From: Lama glama
Taxonomy: Eukaryota
Reading direction: 5' to 3'
Length of the DNA stretch: 64,000 nucleotides
Assembly: GCA_028534125.1 (NCBI GenBank)
Contig: CM052816.1
Span: 87,546,001 to 87,610,000 of the forward strand
A model generated the notes under the pieces. The model was not told where the DNA came from and searched no databases. It was given only the letters and a program-made list of their open reading frames with translations. The position numbers were made by a program, and so were the translations under genes. Of the stretch, positions 12,683 through 25,597 are shown piece after piece. Within the stretch, counting starts at the first letter, position 1, and each line of letters begins with the position of its first letter.

Positions 12683-15600
12683 AAATAACAATTATCTTTT
12701 AATAACACTTTATGTGCTTGACCCTGTGTATACTTGACATGTATTATTTCTAATTCTCCTGTCGTCACTATTGAGGTTGAATTCAGTCTCTCTCTTGATG
12801 TCTTTCTCTCCCTCCACGCCAGCCCTAAGTTTTACAAAATTGTCCATATCTTTTTTTTTTTTTTTTGGTCTTCTTTCAGCGAGACTTCCACAAACAATAC
12901 CCAAAATATGTGGGCATGTATGATTATAATTTATTTAACATTATGATTTTAAATTCCATACTGCAATTCCAAAAGCAATTATTCATAACTCATTAGGTAC
13001 GACCCAAAAATCTGTGTAGATAAAATTAGGACTTCCCACAGAATTTTACACTCTAGTTAAAAGAAGCCTGGGGAGAATTTATTACATTAAAGCAGGTGAT
13101 GAACTGTCATTTTACTGAATATTCTCAATCAGCAAATGTTATTTTTAAAATGATACAAAGCATTACTACAAGGAGCACTCATATGAGGCAACTAAACTTA
13201 TTCTCAAAATAAGTACTTTTTCTTGTAAAGAGTCATTTGCTTTAGAGAACGTGGATTATTTACAAGTCTTCATAATAGCCTATGACAACATAAAGAATAT
13301 TTGAATTTCTGATAAAACCATCATTCAGTGATATAGAAAAATAAACTAAAAATAATAAATTCTGTGGTATGTGGTTTGTACGTAAGTGTTGTGGCATCAC
13401 TGCTGGTTACATAACTCTGTCTTCAATCACCAGGAGAACTAGCTGTCTCATTTGTAAAATGTAAAAACTAACGCTCAGGTAGTCCTTGGGAGTAGTCCGT
13501 GGGATTTTAGTGCACAAGAAGGAATAATTGCCTGAAAGGTATCAGGTATATATATGTATGATCCTCTGGGAAATGTTAGTTTTTTTTTTCTATTCTAACC
13601 TTTTTCTTTTAACTGTTTCTCAGAGTTTAGTTTAAATATGCTATAATTTATAACTTTTATAGATCATATCCAGTTTTATATTACTGTAAAGTTGAAAAGA
13701 TTTTCATAAAATCTTTTTTTCATATTTAGAATTTCTCTGGCTTGTTTCACAGAGTAAGAACCTGAGTCCAGGTGTATAAATGTTTTTTTCGATTGTTAAT
13801 ATGATTGTAAATTCCATGTTGCTTCTTTAATGGGAAATGAGATTATAACTGGTGAAATTTAGAGTGAAAACCAAGTTGTTTTTTTGTTGGTGGTGTTTTC
13901 CCTGTTCTTCCAAAGAGTTTTAAAATCTGAGTGTCCTCACTTTGGGGGAAGAATGGCTGACTATCTACTTATAATTATACAAATATTGGCAGCAATTAGG
14001 ATTGTTTTTCCTTTTTTTTTTTTTTTTGCCCAGCAATTCGATTGCAACATATTAATGAACATTTCCCAGTGAAAAGATATGGAATCCTGTGCCAGAATGG
14101 CATCTTTAGGGGAATAGCTGCTAACAAATGTCATCAAAACTTTTTTTTAAGTCTTTCTACTAATTGGCAACATTAAAATAACCTATTTATATTCTGGCTT
14201 TACGCCATTGCTATACAAGTGAAGTGTTAGTGTAGATGACTGATGTTACTTATCTCCCCTGACAGCTGGATTTATTTTTTAACAACGTATTGGCCAAAAT
14301 ATGTCCTTGTTTCTTCGATAGGACTCATGCAGAAGTGCTAATCTCTGCCTTTCATTTTATTTCATCTGTCTCCTTGGTATGTCTTCCATTCCTGCAAAAA
14401 CGCATTCTATTCCCCAGTTCCCCTCTATCTGTGTTTCTCTCACGTGAAATTGTCCCCATACCACCTCCTCTCCCTGAATTTATCATTCCATAAATTAAAC
14501 CTCAGTATCAAATTCCTTAATTTCCCAAGGCTCTGGTCTTCCCTGAGCCCAAATGAAATTCTCTTCTAGATGATGATGGTAAGACATGGTTTAGTACCCC
14601 TTAAACATCTATTTTAAACTTTTACAGATAATTTCTCATCTCTTAAACCAAAGGAGTGAGTAATATGGACAATTGATTGCTTGTTGCTTTTTAGCTTTTT
14701 TGTGAAAATCCATACTCAGGATCAGGCCAAAAAAATATGTGAAAAGAAAAAAAAATAGTATTATGGTTTATTCTCTCTTTAATGTGAATTAATACTTCTT
14801 GTTAATTATAATTTTCTCTTAAATATTCATTTCTTATATAAATTGAAGCAATTTACTAATACTAGTAATTTACATTTAGGGAAAACGTTGGGGATAGTCA
14901 ACACACTGTTTTGGAAATGTCTTTCCTGGGACTCCAGGGATTTAAACTTCCGGCCACTATTCTTATACTAATGGTAGAGTGGCCCAATTTTATATTTTGG
15001 TTCCTTTATCTATAAATTGATGAATAGCCTTGCATGATTTCTAAAATTATTTTAAGATTTTTAATCTATGGCTAGGGCATATTCAAAAGCAAATCTGTCT
15101 TAACTAATATTCAAGGTAAATAATTTACTATTGCATAGTTGGCGATGAACTGCAGTATTTCCTACACAAGCATATAAGGTGCACTTAGAAAGCATGCTCC
15201 TTTGGGAATTTTATAATAATTCTACACTGGGGAGGCTAAACAGAATAATCCCTGGTGAAAACTTTAGGGAAAAGTAGGTGCTTTTTAATGAGGGATGGGC
15301 TCTGATAATGAAGTCCTAACATGCAACCCAGATCATAAAAAGACAAACAGGAGAGGTGCTGACTCTGTGCCGAATACTCACTGGGCTTTGGCTAATTCTT
15401 TGCTGGGAATTAGATTAAATGGTGGAGCTGTAGCACTGAAATGGTTCCTGTTCACGCTGATTGTACCATCTCATTAGCTTTCTGTTTTTATAAACAAGGT
15501 TTCTTCGCTTCTCTTAATTGTGCATTAGGAGTACTAGGCTCTACTGGGAAGCAGAAATCCAAAGTCTAATATAAGGACTGCAGAGATGTAATTGCAAAGA

Positions 15601-16193
15601 ATTTAGAAAATTGCCCTGTTCAGACTGCTCAGTTTCTTAATGTAAAGTAATGAAAGCTTGGAGCTTATTGTTTTTTGTTTATATGTTTGTTTTTCCTTTT
15701 GGAAAAACAATTAAACCAATACATTTTAAAAGTTTATTACTGCATCAAAAATCATATTTAATTTTAAAGGGCTACTGCAAACCAGGGGTATTATCTAAAA
15801 CCCCTTGCTTTAAAAATATTTAAATGGAAACATTGCATTTAAACCCATGAGTAGATGAGGTACAAAATATCTTTAAAAAATTAAGGCAATGAATGAAATA
15901 GCAAATTAATGTTAAAAGTAATATTGGAGCCCAAAGAAGAAAAATTCCCTCTCAGTACTTTTTTAAGTTATCAAACAAATTGGCTATATTTTCGTTGGAT
16001 TTTTTTTTTCTGGTTTGTAGTATTATTTTCCTAATGCAAATATTATCTTAGAACATCTTGTGTCTTGGTACATGGTGCTAGGGAAAAAAATATCAGTCAA
16101 TACCTGTTTTAGCTAATATGTCTAATTTCTAACATATATTAGAGAATTAAAGTTAGATGTTAGAGAATTAAAAGTGATAATTACTGCTAGTCA

Positions 16194-16624
16194 TGTTGTC
16201 CCAAAAGGGGAAGGGAAAAAGCCTCGGTTCTTGTTCCCAGGGAGGACAGCAGTGGTCTTTGACCTTTTTCTTACACCCTTGCTTAGAGGCGGTCTCTTGA
16301 TTGAGACAGTTCTTGCCCCTGGAATGCTTAGTCATGCTCATCCCATTTTGCTCATGTCCTTATTCATGATGCACACAGAAAAACCCATGAGGGGTGGGAG
16401 AGCTAAATGATCATGCTAATTATATTACAGTGGGTCATGTCTGGTTAGGTCGTTGTCACAACCATGCAGTCCTGGCTGTTGGGTTCTGTCAGTTTCTTGC
16501 TGGCAGTCATTTGGAGGAAGTAAAGCCCGTTATGCTGCAGGTGGACCTGTCACCATCTTCTGGACCATCCTCCCTCTCCTCTACCTTATCTGCAGAGTGT
16601 CTCCACTTACCTAACTGCCTAACA
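16194..16624 (-). mobile_element. ERV1-class solo LTR, same family as 12131-12682, about 120 bp shorter (431 bp)
   Basis: TGTTG...TAACA termini, TSD GTCA/GTTA (one mismatch). Shares blocks such as CCATCTTCTGGACCATCCTCCCTCTCCTC and GCTTAGTCATG with the first copy. Confidence 0.88.
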
Positions 16625-17064
16625 GTTAGCAACCTCCAAATAAGAATCCAGGCTGAAGTTTTTATGTAGTGAGGAGCGCGAATTCTTGTCCTGTTGTGCA
16701 TTCAGCTCTGTCACTTAACTGCCAATGCATAGCAATAAATGGTTGGCCAAAACCAAGCTTTGCAGTTAGAGGAACCCTGGAATACAGCAACTTTCCTGAA
16801 TACACTTTGCATGTTTTTTTGTTTGTAGTGTATGTGTCTTTGCACATAAATATGTGCTTGCTTTGTTGATCCAGTTTTGATGTCAGAGATTGTAAATTGT
16901 GTTCCAAAGATCCCCATTTTTCTATGCTTTTATGATATATATCTAATATAATCAATTATCTTTTCCTTGAAAGCATGGAAAAAAATATGAACCCATTTAT
17001 CTCTGGTTTTTTTTTTCCCGCATTTACACTGGTTTAGATTCTGCTCAGCAATAAATTGTTTTAA

Positions 17065-17455
17065 GGACCATTATTGGAACACTTGATAAAATGGCAAGAT
17101 TAACTGTGACTTAGATAATAGTGTGATATCATGTTAAATTTCCTAATTTTTACCATTATAAAATTGTGGTTATATAAGGTAATATTTTGATCTTTAGGAA
17201 ATCAGTGAAGCATTTAGGAACAAGTGTGAATGATGTCTGCAACTTAAATTTTAGTAGCTCTTAAAAAACAATATGTATGTATACATGTACAGTATCTATG
17301 TGTTATATATATAGAGAGAGAGAGAAAGAGAGAGGGGAGAGGGACTACTGCAAAAATTTACAACTGGTGAAAACACACAGTGATAAAGTATACACAGGCA
17401 TTATTTATTCCATTCAAGCAATGTTTTTGTTTAGTTTTGAAATTATGAAAAAAAT
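17065..17455 (+). mobile_element. L1MC-like 3' UTR fragment
   Basis: TTAGATAATAGTGTGATATCATGTTAAATTTCCT...GTGGTTATATAAG...ATGTCTGCAACTTA...GTTTTGAAATTATGAAAAAA. Confidence 0.7.
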
Positions 17456-18636
17456 TACACACACATGCATAAATATGTAAGTATAATTTTTAAAATTCTG
17501 GCTTAATTATTCAGACCATGTTTCCATAAAAATAGCAAATCCAATTGGATCTTTTAGCCAAGTGTAAAATTTCTTTCCATTAACAACAAATAAAATCCAC
17601 ATTGTCAAAATATTCTCTAGTTTGCTGTGTTTTTTGTACAACACTGTGAGTCAAGTACTATATCCCCTAGACACATGTAATAATCCAAACTTTGAGATGT
17701 ATGTAATTTCTTTATGCTAACAAATGGACATTTCGATACAATTAAAATGTCACAGGTGTGTTCCATTCAACATATGGAAAAAATCTATTACATAATGAAC
17801 ATAGAAAATTACACATGTTTATATCTTTCTTTAAATCCATCATCCCATTTTTATCCTCACGGATGTTTTAATTCCAGGACCTAAGGTGAAAATTGCCCCT
17901 GTGGGTACTAAAGAATCCTAGATAAATTGACCTATTACCCCAACTGATGATTCTATTAAGAGAGATAGCTGAACTGTTGAATTTCAAATGAAAAATATGA
18001 AATGATCACCCCTCACAAGCCTTTGCTTCAGAGGAAGTAATAGTATCATGGAGACAGTTTCCTCCAGCGAAATGTGCCTAATTTATGGAAAAAAGCAGTT
18101 CTCACTTTTGCTACATTGCAAGATTCTTTTGGTTTATCTGTGACTCTGACTCATTCAGCAGATCCTGACAGAGCAACGAAGGAGTTTTATTAAGGGGCTG
18201 GGCAATAAAGATTCAATAGAACTCTTGAGACATGATGATTTTTTTTCTTATGTTGGAGGAAGCCTTCTTTCTTAGAGGCTCTGAGCAGCTGGGATCATCC
18301 TATTTGCTGCCTTTGCATTACCTTCAAGACAGGCATAAACTAAAATGAAAGTTCGGTGAGGATTGCTTTATTTCTTCCAGAATAAGAATACTTGTTTTAT
18401 TATAGCTCATTTCTTACCATGTTCACTTTTAGTAAGAATTGTAAATTCCACTGAATTTAAATAGATATCTGTAATACATCAACTTCCTATGCACATGAAG
18501 AGAGTATGCAAAATTTTATACTAAAATCGTAGGCGAAAATTACATATGCAAAATGAGTATATAGATAAGATATGTTTACTCGTCTCAGTGATTCAGAACA
18601 CCTGATTCGGGGCATAAATCAAAGGGCAGTGTCACT

Positions 18637-18671
18637 AATATATATTATATATATATGTATAATATATATAT
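18637..18671. repeat. (TA)n-like microsatellite
   Basis: TAATATATATTATATATATATGTATAATATATATA is directly visible. Confidence 0.8.
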
Positions 18672-19236
18672 TTTTTTTCAGAAGGGGCTACCTTACTCTT
18701 CATTAACCCACAGAAAAGCAGGCAATTATGAACTAGGACCATGCTCCCTTAGAGGGTCTCCTACACTAAAGAAATTCTAGAATATCACTTATTGCTGTTA
18801 TGTTGTTTATGTGTCTATATTTAATATTTTTTAAACTGAATTTAGGCCTGGAGAGTAGTAAGGAGACTTGAGTTATCAGACCTCAAAATTCATTATGGAG
18901 GCAAAGAATATAGTTTTGTTGTTTTATTATTTTTTTTAGAAGAAAAAGAAAATTATATTTAGTATAGGAAAAAACATTCTTGGAAAGCAAACTGGTAAAG
19001 ATTTTCTCATCTAAACAGGAAGCTCTGGAAACTTCCAGAGTGTTTCAAATTCCTATTGATTGTTGTAAAACTGTATCTGCTAAGCTCTAATACAAAAGAT
19101 TTTCACTCACATGACCTCCAAATGTGATTAAGATCTTAAGAGATAAAGCCTGAATCTTTTACTCATGAAGTACAACAGTGCAGACTATAAAATTTTGATA
19201 TTACCTTTAGAAACAACATTTATACAAATGCTTTAC

Positions 19237-20130
19237 TGTTAGCCAGCAGTGAGAATCCTAGATTAGGAGGCCCACCAAAGCTTGGGCCCTTGCCTGCCGG
19301 CTGGAAAGAATTCACAGCTGAGCTAGAGGGACAGAGCAAAAACTGCTTTTACTTCTCAAAAGAGGAAAAGGAAGAAAAGTGCTTGACCAGGGAGAAGGAA
19401 AGAAAAATGCTGGAGTGGGGAGCTGTCAGCCGAGCTGTCATGCAAGCTGGCTGGTAGAGAGCTCCCGCCCTGGTCAGCCACGTGGACTTATATGGGAGGC
19501 TTCTGCTGTCATGTCTGATGTTCTCGTGTGATGGAGCCAATCAGTCCTCCTATAGGCTTTTCCAGTCGTCGTCATGGCAACCATCAACTGTCGTGGCACT
19601 GGTGGGTGTGTCACTTAGCATGCTAATACATTACAATGAGCGCATAACAAGGCTCAAGTTCCGCTAGATGTCAAATCCTAAGCCATCCTGGACTCTGAGT
19701 TCTAACCAGTTCTTGTTTCTTCTCTGCAGCTGCCTCCTGAGGCTCAGATAAAAATAACTTGTTTCTAGTGGAGGGAGGGGCAGGGGTATGATCCTGGGGG
19801 CAACAGCCTTGGTAACAAGAAGGAAAGTTGCTTTTAAACTGAATGGCTGCAGTCTGGTGGATTCAACATCCCTCCAAAAAATCATCTCCAAAGATTTTGT
19901 TTAGCCATGAAAGTTTTGAAGGGAAATGAAGGAATAATCTCAGTTAATCGTGGAGATAGGTGGTTAGAGTCCTCACCATCCCCCAGTGCTTGCAGACTTG
20001 TCCTAATCAACTGCTTAAGCCTGCTTTTCTATGACTCAGGGAGGCCTGGAGGCCTGAGCTTTTCCATAAACAATAGGCAGAAGCTGGCGGGGGAGGGGGA
20101 GGTTAGGGCATAGGGTCCTGCTCCCTTTCA
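19237..20130 (-). mobile_element. ERV1-class solo LTR (894 bp, different family from the other two), inserted in a MIR remnant
   Basis: TG...CA termini; the minus strand starts TGAAAGGGAGCAGGACCC. Perfect TSD TTAC (19233-19236 / 20131-20134). AGTAAA poly(A)-signal variant on the minus strand near 19348-19353. MIR-like CTATTTTTCAAATGAGGAAA follows on the right. Confidence 0.88.
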
Positions 20131-21664
20131 TTACCATCAACGATGTTCTCACAGATCTACAATGTAGGTAAAGCAATTTGTATTGTTCTATTTTTCAAAT
20201 GAGGAAAAAACAACAACAAAACACTCAGGTTCAGGGATATATTTTCAGTGATTCAGGGTTTTTTATTTATTTGTTTATTTGAAAACACAACAGGCAGCCT
20301 GTGCTGGGACAGATAGATAACAAGGAAGATTAAGCGGTGATTCCTTTCCTTAAGGCATAAATTGCAGACCAGGGACTGGAGTTGAGATTATCCCTCCTCA
20401 TCTAGTATTCTCTTTTTCCCAGAATCACAGCTCCCTGTTCTGAGTGGAAATTTTCACTAAGTGATCTCTATTGTGCTTCTAAACTCAGAATGTTTTATTC
20501 TTTGAAGTTTTATTAACATTGGACTTAAGGGAATACAGCATGTACTAATTCTATTGCTTTTGAATCTAAAATGGTTTCTCCACTGCTTCCATCCGTATCT
20601 CACCTATTGTTGTATTAACCCAGGTGCATGTTGCTGTTTCTTTACCTCCTTCTGAAGCCCTCATTCTTTTAAAGTATGGAACCACATTGAATGGAGTATG
20701 TTGTTGCTTGTCTGCTGGATAATTGTAATTCTGATTATGGCAGCTGAAGGTAAATTTAGCTCTTTTGGCAGCCACATCAAATTCTAAGCATGTATTAGTC
20801 CTACTATATACTAAAATATCCAGTATGTATAAATGCATAGAGATACATAAACCATGTGTCTTTCTGTCTTATGCAATTTTAAAAATTTCAGCTGTGCATG
20901 TAACTCTGCCCAGCAATAATCAAGTATTTCCATGTAGTCTTCTCTCCAGACAAATGCTTCACATCTTTATTCTTCTGAAATCTCCAATTCTTTCTTCCCA
21001 TTTTCATTTTCAGCCAATTACCTTCTTGACAATTTTATTATAGAAATTAAATCTATCAGGATAGATTAACAGTCAATGTTTGTTGTTTTCCGACCAGGAG
21101 ATTTGAATTTATTTAAAGAAGCTGTGTTCTTTCAATTCCTGAGACTTCATGAGCTTTCACTGTTTATTTTCCTAATTTGTAAGTGATAAGTGATCTTCAG
21201 AATTATGTTTAATCAATATCCTTTCTTTTCAATTCCAAAATCATTATACTTGCGGGAAAAGTTAAGAGGAAAAATTGGGCATAATGTTTCTTGCTTTTTT
21301 ATCAAGTATCATTACTGTCTAGGCTCAATTTATTATTTTATTTCTTCCTCATTTTTAATTTCCTTTATTTTGAATGAATTTGTGCTTATTCTTTTGGAAA
21401 TTCTGTTGTAAAGTGTAATGAAATATGTTTAGAAATATAATTCATTTGTTGGTGATAATTGTCACCATAGAAATGTTTCCATATCAAATTAGTTTAAAAA
21501 TGTGGGCTAGCTAAATCATAATACTTTGAATTAAGTAGAGTAATAGAAATTCATGTGACTATGGTAGCTAACTGAAAGCCCCAGAGGGCTTTAGTAGTAA
21601 GTAATGTGTGTGATGCAAGAAGAACCAATGATGCCAATGATTTCTGTGGCATAAAAGAGGTTGT

Positions 21665-22680
21665 TTTTTGTGTGTTTACTATTATCAAGTTGTCCCTTAC
21701 ATACAATAAAGCATTACAAATCCTAAGTAAACTTTTAGTGATTGCTACATAGGTATAAACTCATATAATCAGTCTCCAGAATTTGTAATAGAGCTACAAC
21801 AACTTTGAAGCACCCTACGTGGCCATTTCCAGTCGCACACACCCCTCACCGGATATAACCATTATTCTATGGAATCTTAAAAAAAAAAAAGACAAATGAA
21901 CTTAAATTTAAAACAGAAACAGACTCACAGACATAGAATACAAACTTGTGGTTGCCAAGGGTGAGGGGGGTGGGAAGAGACAGACTGGGAGCTCGAGATT
22001 TGTAGATACTGACAGGTATATATAGAATAGATAAACAAGTTTACACTGTATAGCACAGGGAAATATATACAAGATCTTGCAGTAACTCATGGTGAAAAAG
22101 AATATGAAAATGAATGTATGTATATTCATGTATGATTGAAAAATTGTGCTGCACACCAGAAATTGACACAACATTGTAAACTGACTATAACTCAATAAAA
22201 AAAAAAGAATATAAAACTGTATATATTAAGTCTACTGTTAATGGACATTTTTGGTTATTTTTAGTTTTGTCAATTGTAAGAAAAAATTCTATGATCATTT
22301 TTATATATGCCTTGTTTGGGCACATCTGCACTGAATTCACCTAGGTTTCTACTAGGAATAGAATTGCTAGGTAATAGGATAGGCTTATGGTTAGCTTTTT
22401 TTTTTTAAGTAATTTCTTCTATCACTTTACACTCCTGTTAGCAATGTGTGTGGGTTCCAGTTGCTCATGTATTTCCTAACATTTGGTATTGACAATCTTT
22501 TTTTTAAATTTTAGTATCAGCTACTCTTGTAGTTATATGATGATATCTCTTTGTGTGTTTAATTTACTTTTTTCTAATGGATGATTCAATGAAATTAGAT
22601 ATATTTTGATATGCTTATTGGCCATTTGGAAATTTTCTTTTGTGAATTGCCCATTCATATCTTTTGCACATTTTCAAGCA
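21665..22680 (-). mobile_element. Old L1 (L1ME-like) 3' region hosting a young L1
   Basis: ...ATAACCATTATTCT on the left and TACTGTTAATGGACATTTT...GAATTGCTAGGT...TGCTTATTGGCCATTTGGA on the right are antisense L1M 3' sequence. Confidence 0.7.
21869..22207 (+). mobile_element. Young 5'-truncated L1 3' UTR with poly(A)
   Basis: ATGGAATCT...ACAGAAACAGACTCACAGACATAGAA...GACACAACATTGTAAACTGACTATAACTCAATAAAAAAAAAA, homologous to the reverse complement of 3860-4170. Confidence 0.9.
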
Positions 22681-23189
22681 GGTATCTTAGAGGCACGTTT
22701 AAAATGAAATATCCAATTTGAATTCAGCTTTTTTTCCTCCAGTTATCAAAAGGTTATAGAAAGATCCAATTTTTAGTTCAAAATTACACAGTGAATATAT
22801 AGAATGTAGCAATTGTATTAGTATAATAAAAAAACTCTTTAAATACAAATGCTTTATACAAAAAGGCATTTACTTCAAATGAGCCATGGTTTATGAGAAA
22901 AGAATCACATATATACGTACACATACATATTTATATCAGCAGCAGGTTTAACACTAAGCTCCAATGTGTACAACAAAAATAAAGTTGACTTGCTTTGGTT
23001 GAAATCTGATGGTGGTACAGATCAGCATTTGCTTGACTTGTCTTCCACCGCAGAGACACTTGAGAAATTTCCAAAGCTGTGTTCTGTGTCTTGGTGATTC
23101 ATATATTCATCGTCACTATGATATATTCTTAATTAAGTGGAATTAAGCTATTCACAAGAGACACACCTATGTTAGACTTAGTTAAGATT

Positions 23190-24330
23190 CTGGTTTCCGT
23201 ATGCAGAGCATCATCAAGGGTTTCTGTGTGGCTGAAGGGAGGAAACCGTGGGATGAGAGATGACACTGAGCATAAGTAAAGGCAAATGACAGATCACATA
23301 GATCACATAATTCATGGTGTGAACTTTCACTATAATTCCTCAGCCAAAATGCAACAATAATTTCATATTTATTAAGAAATTGAATAGTATAATCTGGAGC
23401 TCAAAAGAGAGGCATCAGATGGAAATAAAAGTCTAGAAATAATACATTGGTGGTATTTCAAACCATGAGAATGAATGAAAGTATCCAAGAGAGATTTTAT
23501 GCATGTATATATATATATATATGCAGGTATGTATGGATGTATTTTATGCATAATGTGTGTGGTGAAAAGAATCCAGCATGTTGAAGAAAAAGCAAGATCA
23601 GAATGTAGTACAGGGAGGAAAGTAAGCCAAAACCTTGAATAGGTAAGAGGCTACCTCATCACATAATTATCTGTGGACTGTGGTTACCTCATCATGTAGT
23701 TACCTGTGGACTGTGGTATGGATTTTGAATTTTATTGAGAAGATACTATGGAAAGCTACTGAAGGATTAGGAGCAGGATTCTGACCGAGTCTGATTTGCA
23801 CTTTAAACAGTTATTTTGGCGTTGGCTGCTTTGGGGAGCATTGGTGGCAGTGGGCTGCATTAAGGGATGTTAGGAAAGTATTGCTCTTTCCTACATGAGG
23901 GATGACCGTGGATGACAAAGAGGTTAGGGGTGGAAATGATATGCAATTCAGAATATGTTATAAAGGTCAAGCTAATAGGACTTGCTGATAGACCTGTTCT
24001 GGCACTTGTGAGAAAAATAGAAATCAACAGCAAATTCTGGGGCTTTTCCTTTTCATTCAGAGTTAGGACATAAATGATGCTTGCATTTGGGGGCTTTAAG
24101 AAAATCTGGGTTGTTTGGAAGATGGTATAAGTAAGAATTTAATTGTTAAATTCCTATTTTTTTCTACCAAAATAAAGATGTTAAAAAGCTGGTGAATAAA
24201 TTCAAATCTGGAACTGAATGAAGAGCTCAAGGCTGGTGATATTAATTAGAGGCTACATTTGGAAGTTATTTAAAGCCATGGGTTTGGACAAGGTGACCTG
24301 GGTAATACGCTTAGAGATGAGAAGAGGCAT
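23190..24330 (-). mobile_element. L2 LINE fragments
   Basis: Antisense L2 motifs such as TCTGGAGCTCAAAAGAGAGG, GGAAAGCTACTGAAGG...TCTGATTTGCACTTTAAA and TATTTAAAGCCATGGG. Confidence 0.65.
23652..23717. repeat. 33-bp tandem duplication (2 copies, 4 transitions)
   Basis: TACCTCATCACATAATTATCTGTGGACTGTGGT / TACCTCATCATGTAGTTACCTGTGGACTGTGGT. Confidence 0.9.
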
Positions 24331-25597
24331 GCATAGTTCTTGTGAAGAGAATGATGATTATGCCCAGGGTATTTATTATTTATAGGATATGGAAAAATTC
24401 TACCAATCTGACTAAAATACATCACTTTTTATAATATCCACAATTAGTGCCTATTTTCTGAGTATTTGTGGGTTTACAGGAAGTGAGTACATTGCAACGA
24501 GCTTAGTGCTCTCTATAAAATTTCCATCTTCTCTTTGGTTCTACTATTATTTTCTTTTGGACATTCGGCCATTCAGCCGCTCCCCCTGGCCTCCTCTGTC
24601 ATGAAATAATCAGTCTCAGGGGTCTTACAAACAGAAATGTGTAGGTAGTTTTCAGGAAGATTTAAATTTCTTACTTGTTATTTTGCAGATGATCGTCTTT
24701 TACTATCTGAACCTCTTGGAATCTCTTTCCCTCCCGAAGCAATTCATCTTTATCATTCCTTGCAAAAGTAGACCTTTTGGAGGAATGTTTTGCATATATT
24801 CAAGCAAATATTTTGACTAAAGATAAACCTGATTTTTGTTCTGAGTTGAACTTTTGAAATCCTGTATTTGATATCAGCTGTGTAGTTTGACATAGAAAAC
24901 TTAAAACTTGAATCCAAAGAAATGTAATGTTTAGTGCATTGCTTAACGAATTTTAAGAATTACTACAAGATGAAATTATAGAAAATGGTGAGGGAAGAAG
25001 AAGTGGAAAAGGCAAGGCAGGTTATATGGAATCATCTGAAGTTGTTTATTTTGATCTGAATTGTAGCTACTCAAAATACTGTCCCATGATCCAAGAACTG
25101 GTTCTAAAGTATATTATCCAGTTTGACCGGTGGTTCTTGTAATGCGCTTCACTTACTCTTTGATAACAGTGAGCTAAAGAATATCAAGAAGAAAGCTCAT
25201 TTTTTGATATATCATGTATGATTTTAACTCTGGAAAACACTAGCGTTGATTACTATTGGGCCATATTGTTGTAAGTTATTATTATTATCATCTCTTAAGT
25301 GTCATGCAGGAGATCATTAACATAATTAATTTACCCATGTACTCACTCTAAATCCTCAGTATATTGTTACATTATTACCATCTTAACTCTGAATATCTGT
25401 TACATCCTGTCTTCATTATCCTGCCCATACTTCACATTTTAATCTCTCTTCATTTCATGATTTTTATGTACTTGAATTTCATCCTAGAAGTATCCAACAG
25501 TCATTTGGAGCCTAGATTTTAATCATCTACAATATTTGAACTGTATTTTATCTTCACTCTTGTATCTCTACTTATTTATTAGTTTTTAGACTCTGAT

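Noticed and set aside
16139..16173. Direct repeat TTAGAGAATTAAA twice, just left of the second LTR
   Set aside because: A small local slippage duplication; it is not the LTR's TSD and has no evident function.
12131..16624. Two same-family, same-orientation LTRs 3.5 kb apart as the 5' and 3' LTRs of one provirus
   Set aside because: Each LTR has its own different TSD, the copies are clearly diverged, and the intervening DNA is AT-rich host sequence with no gag/pol/env, primer-binding site or polypurine tract that I can see.
24670..24780. Splice acceptor-like TTATTTTGCAG followed by ATG
   Set aside because: Isolated site with no strong donor or recognisable peptide. Similar chance acceptors occur near 44590, 48790 and 56642.
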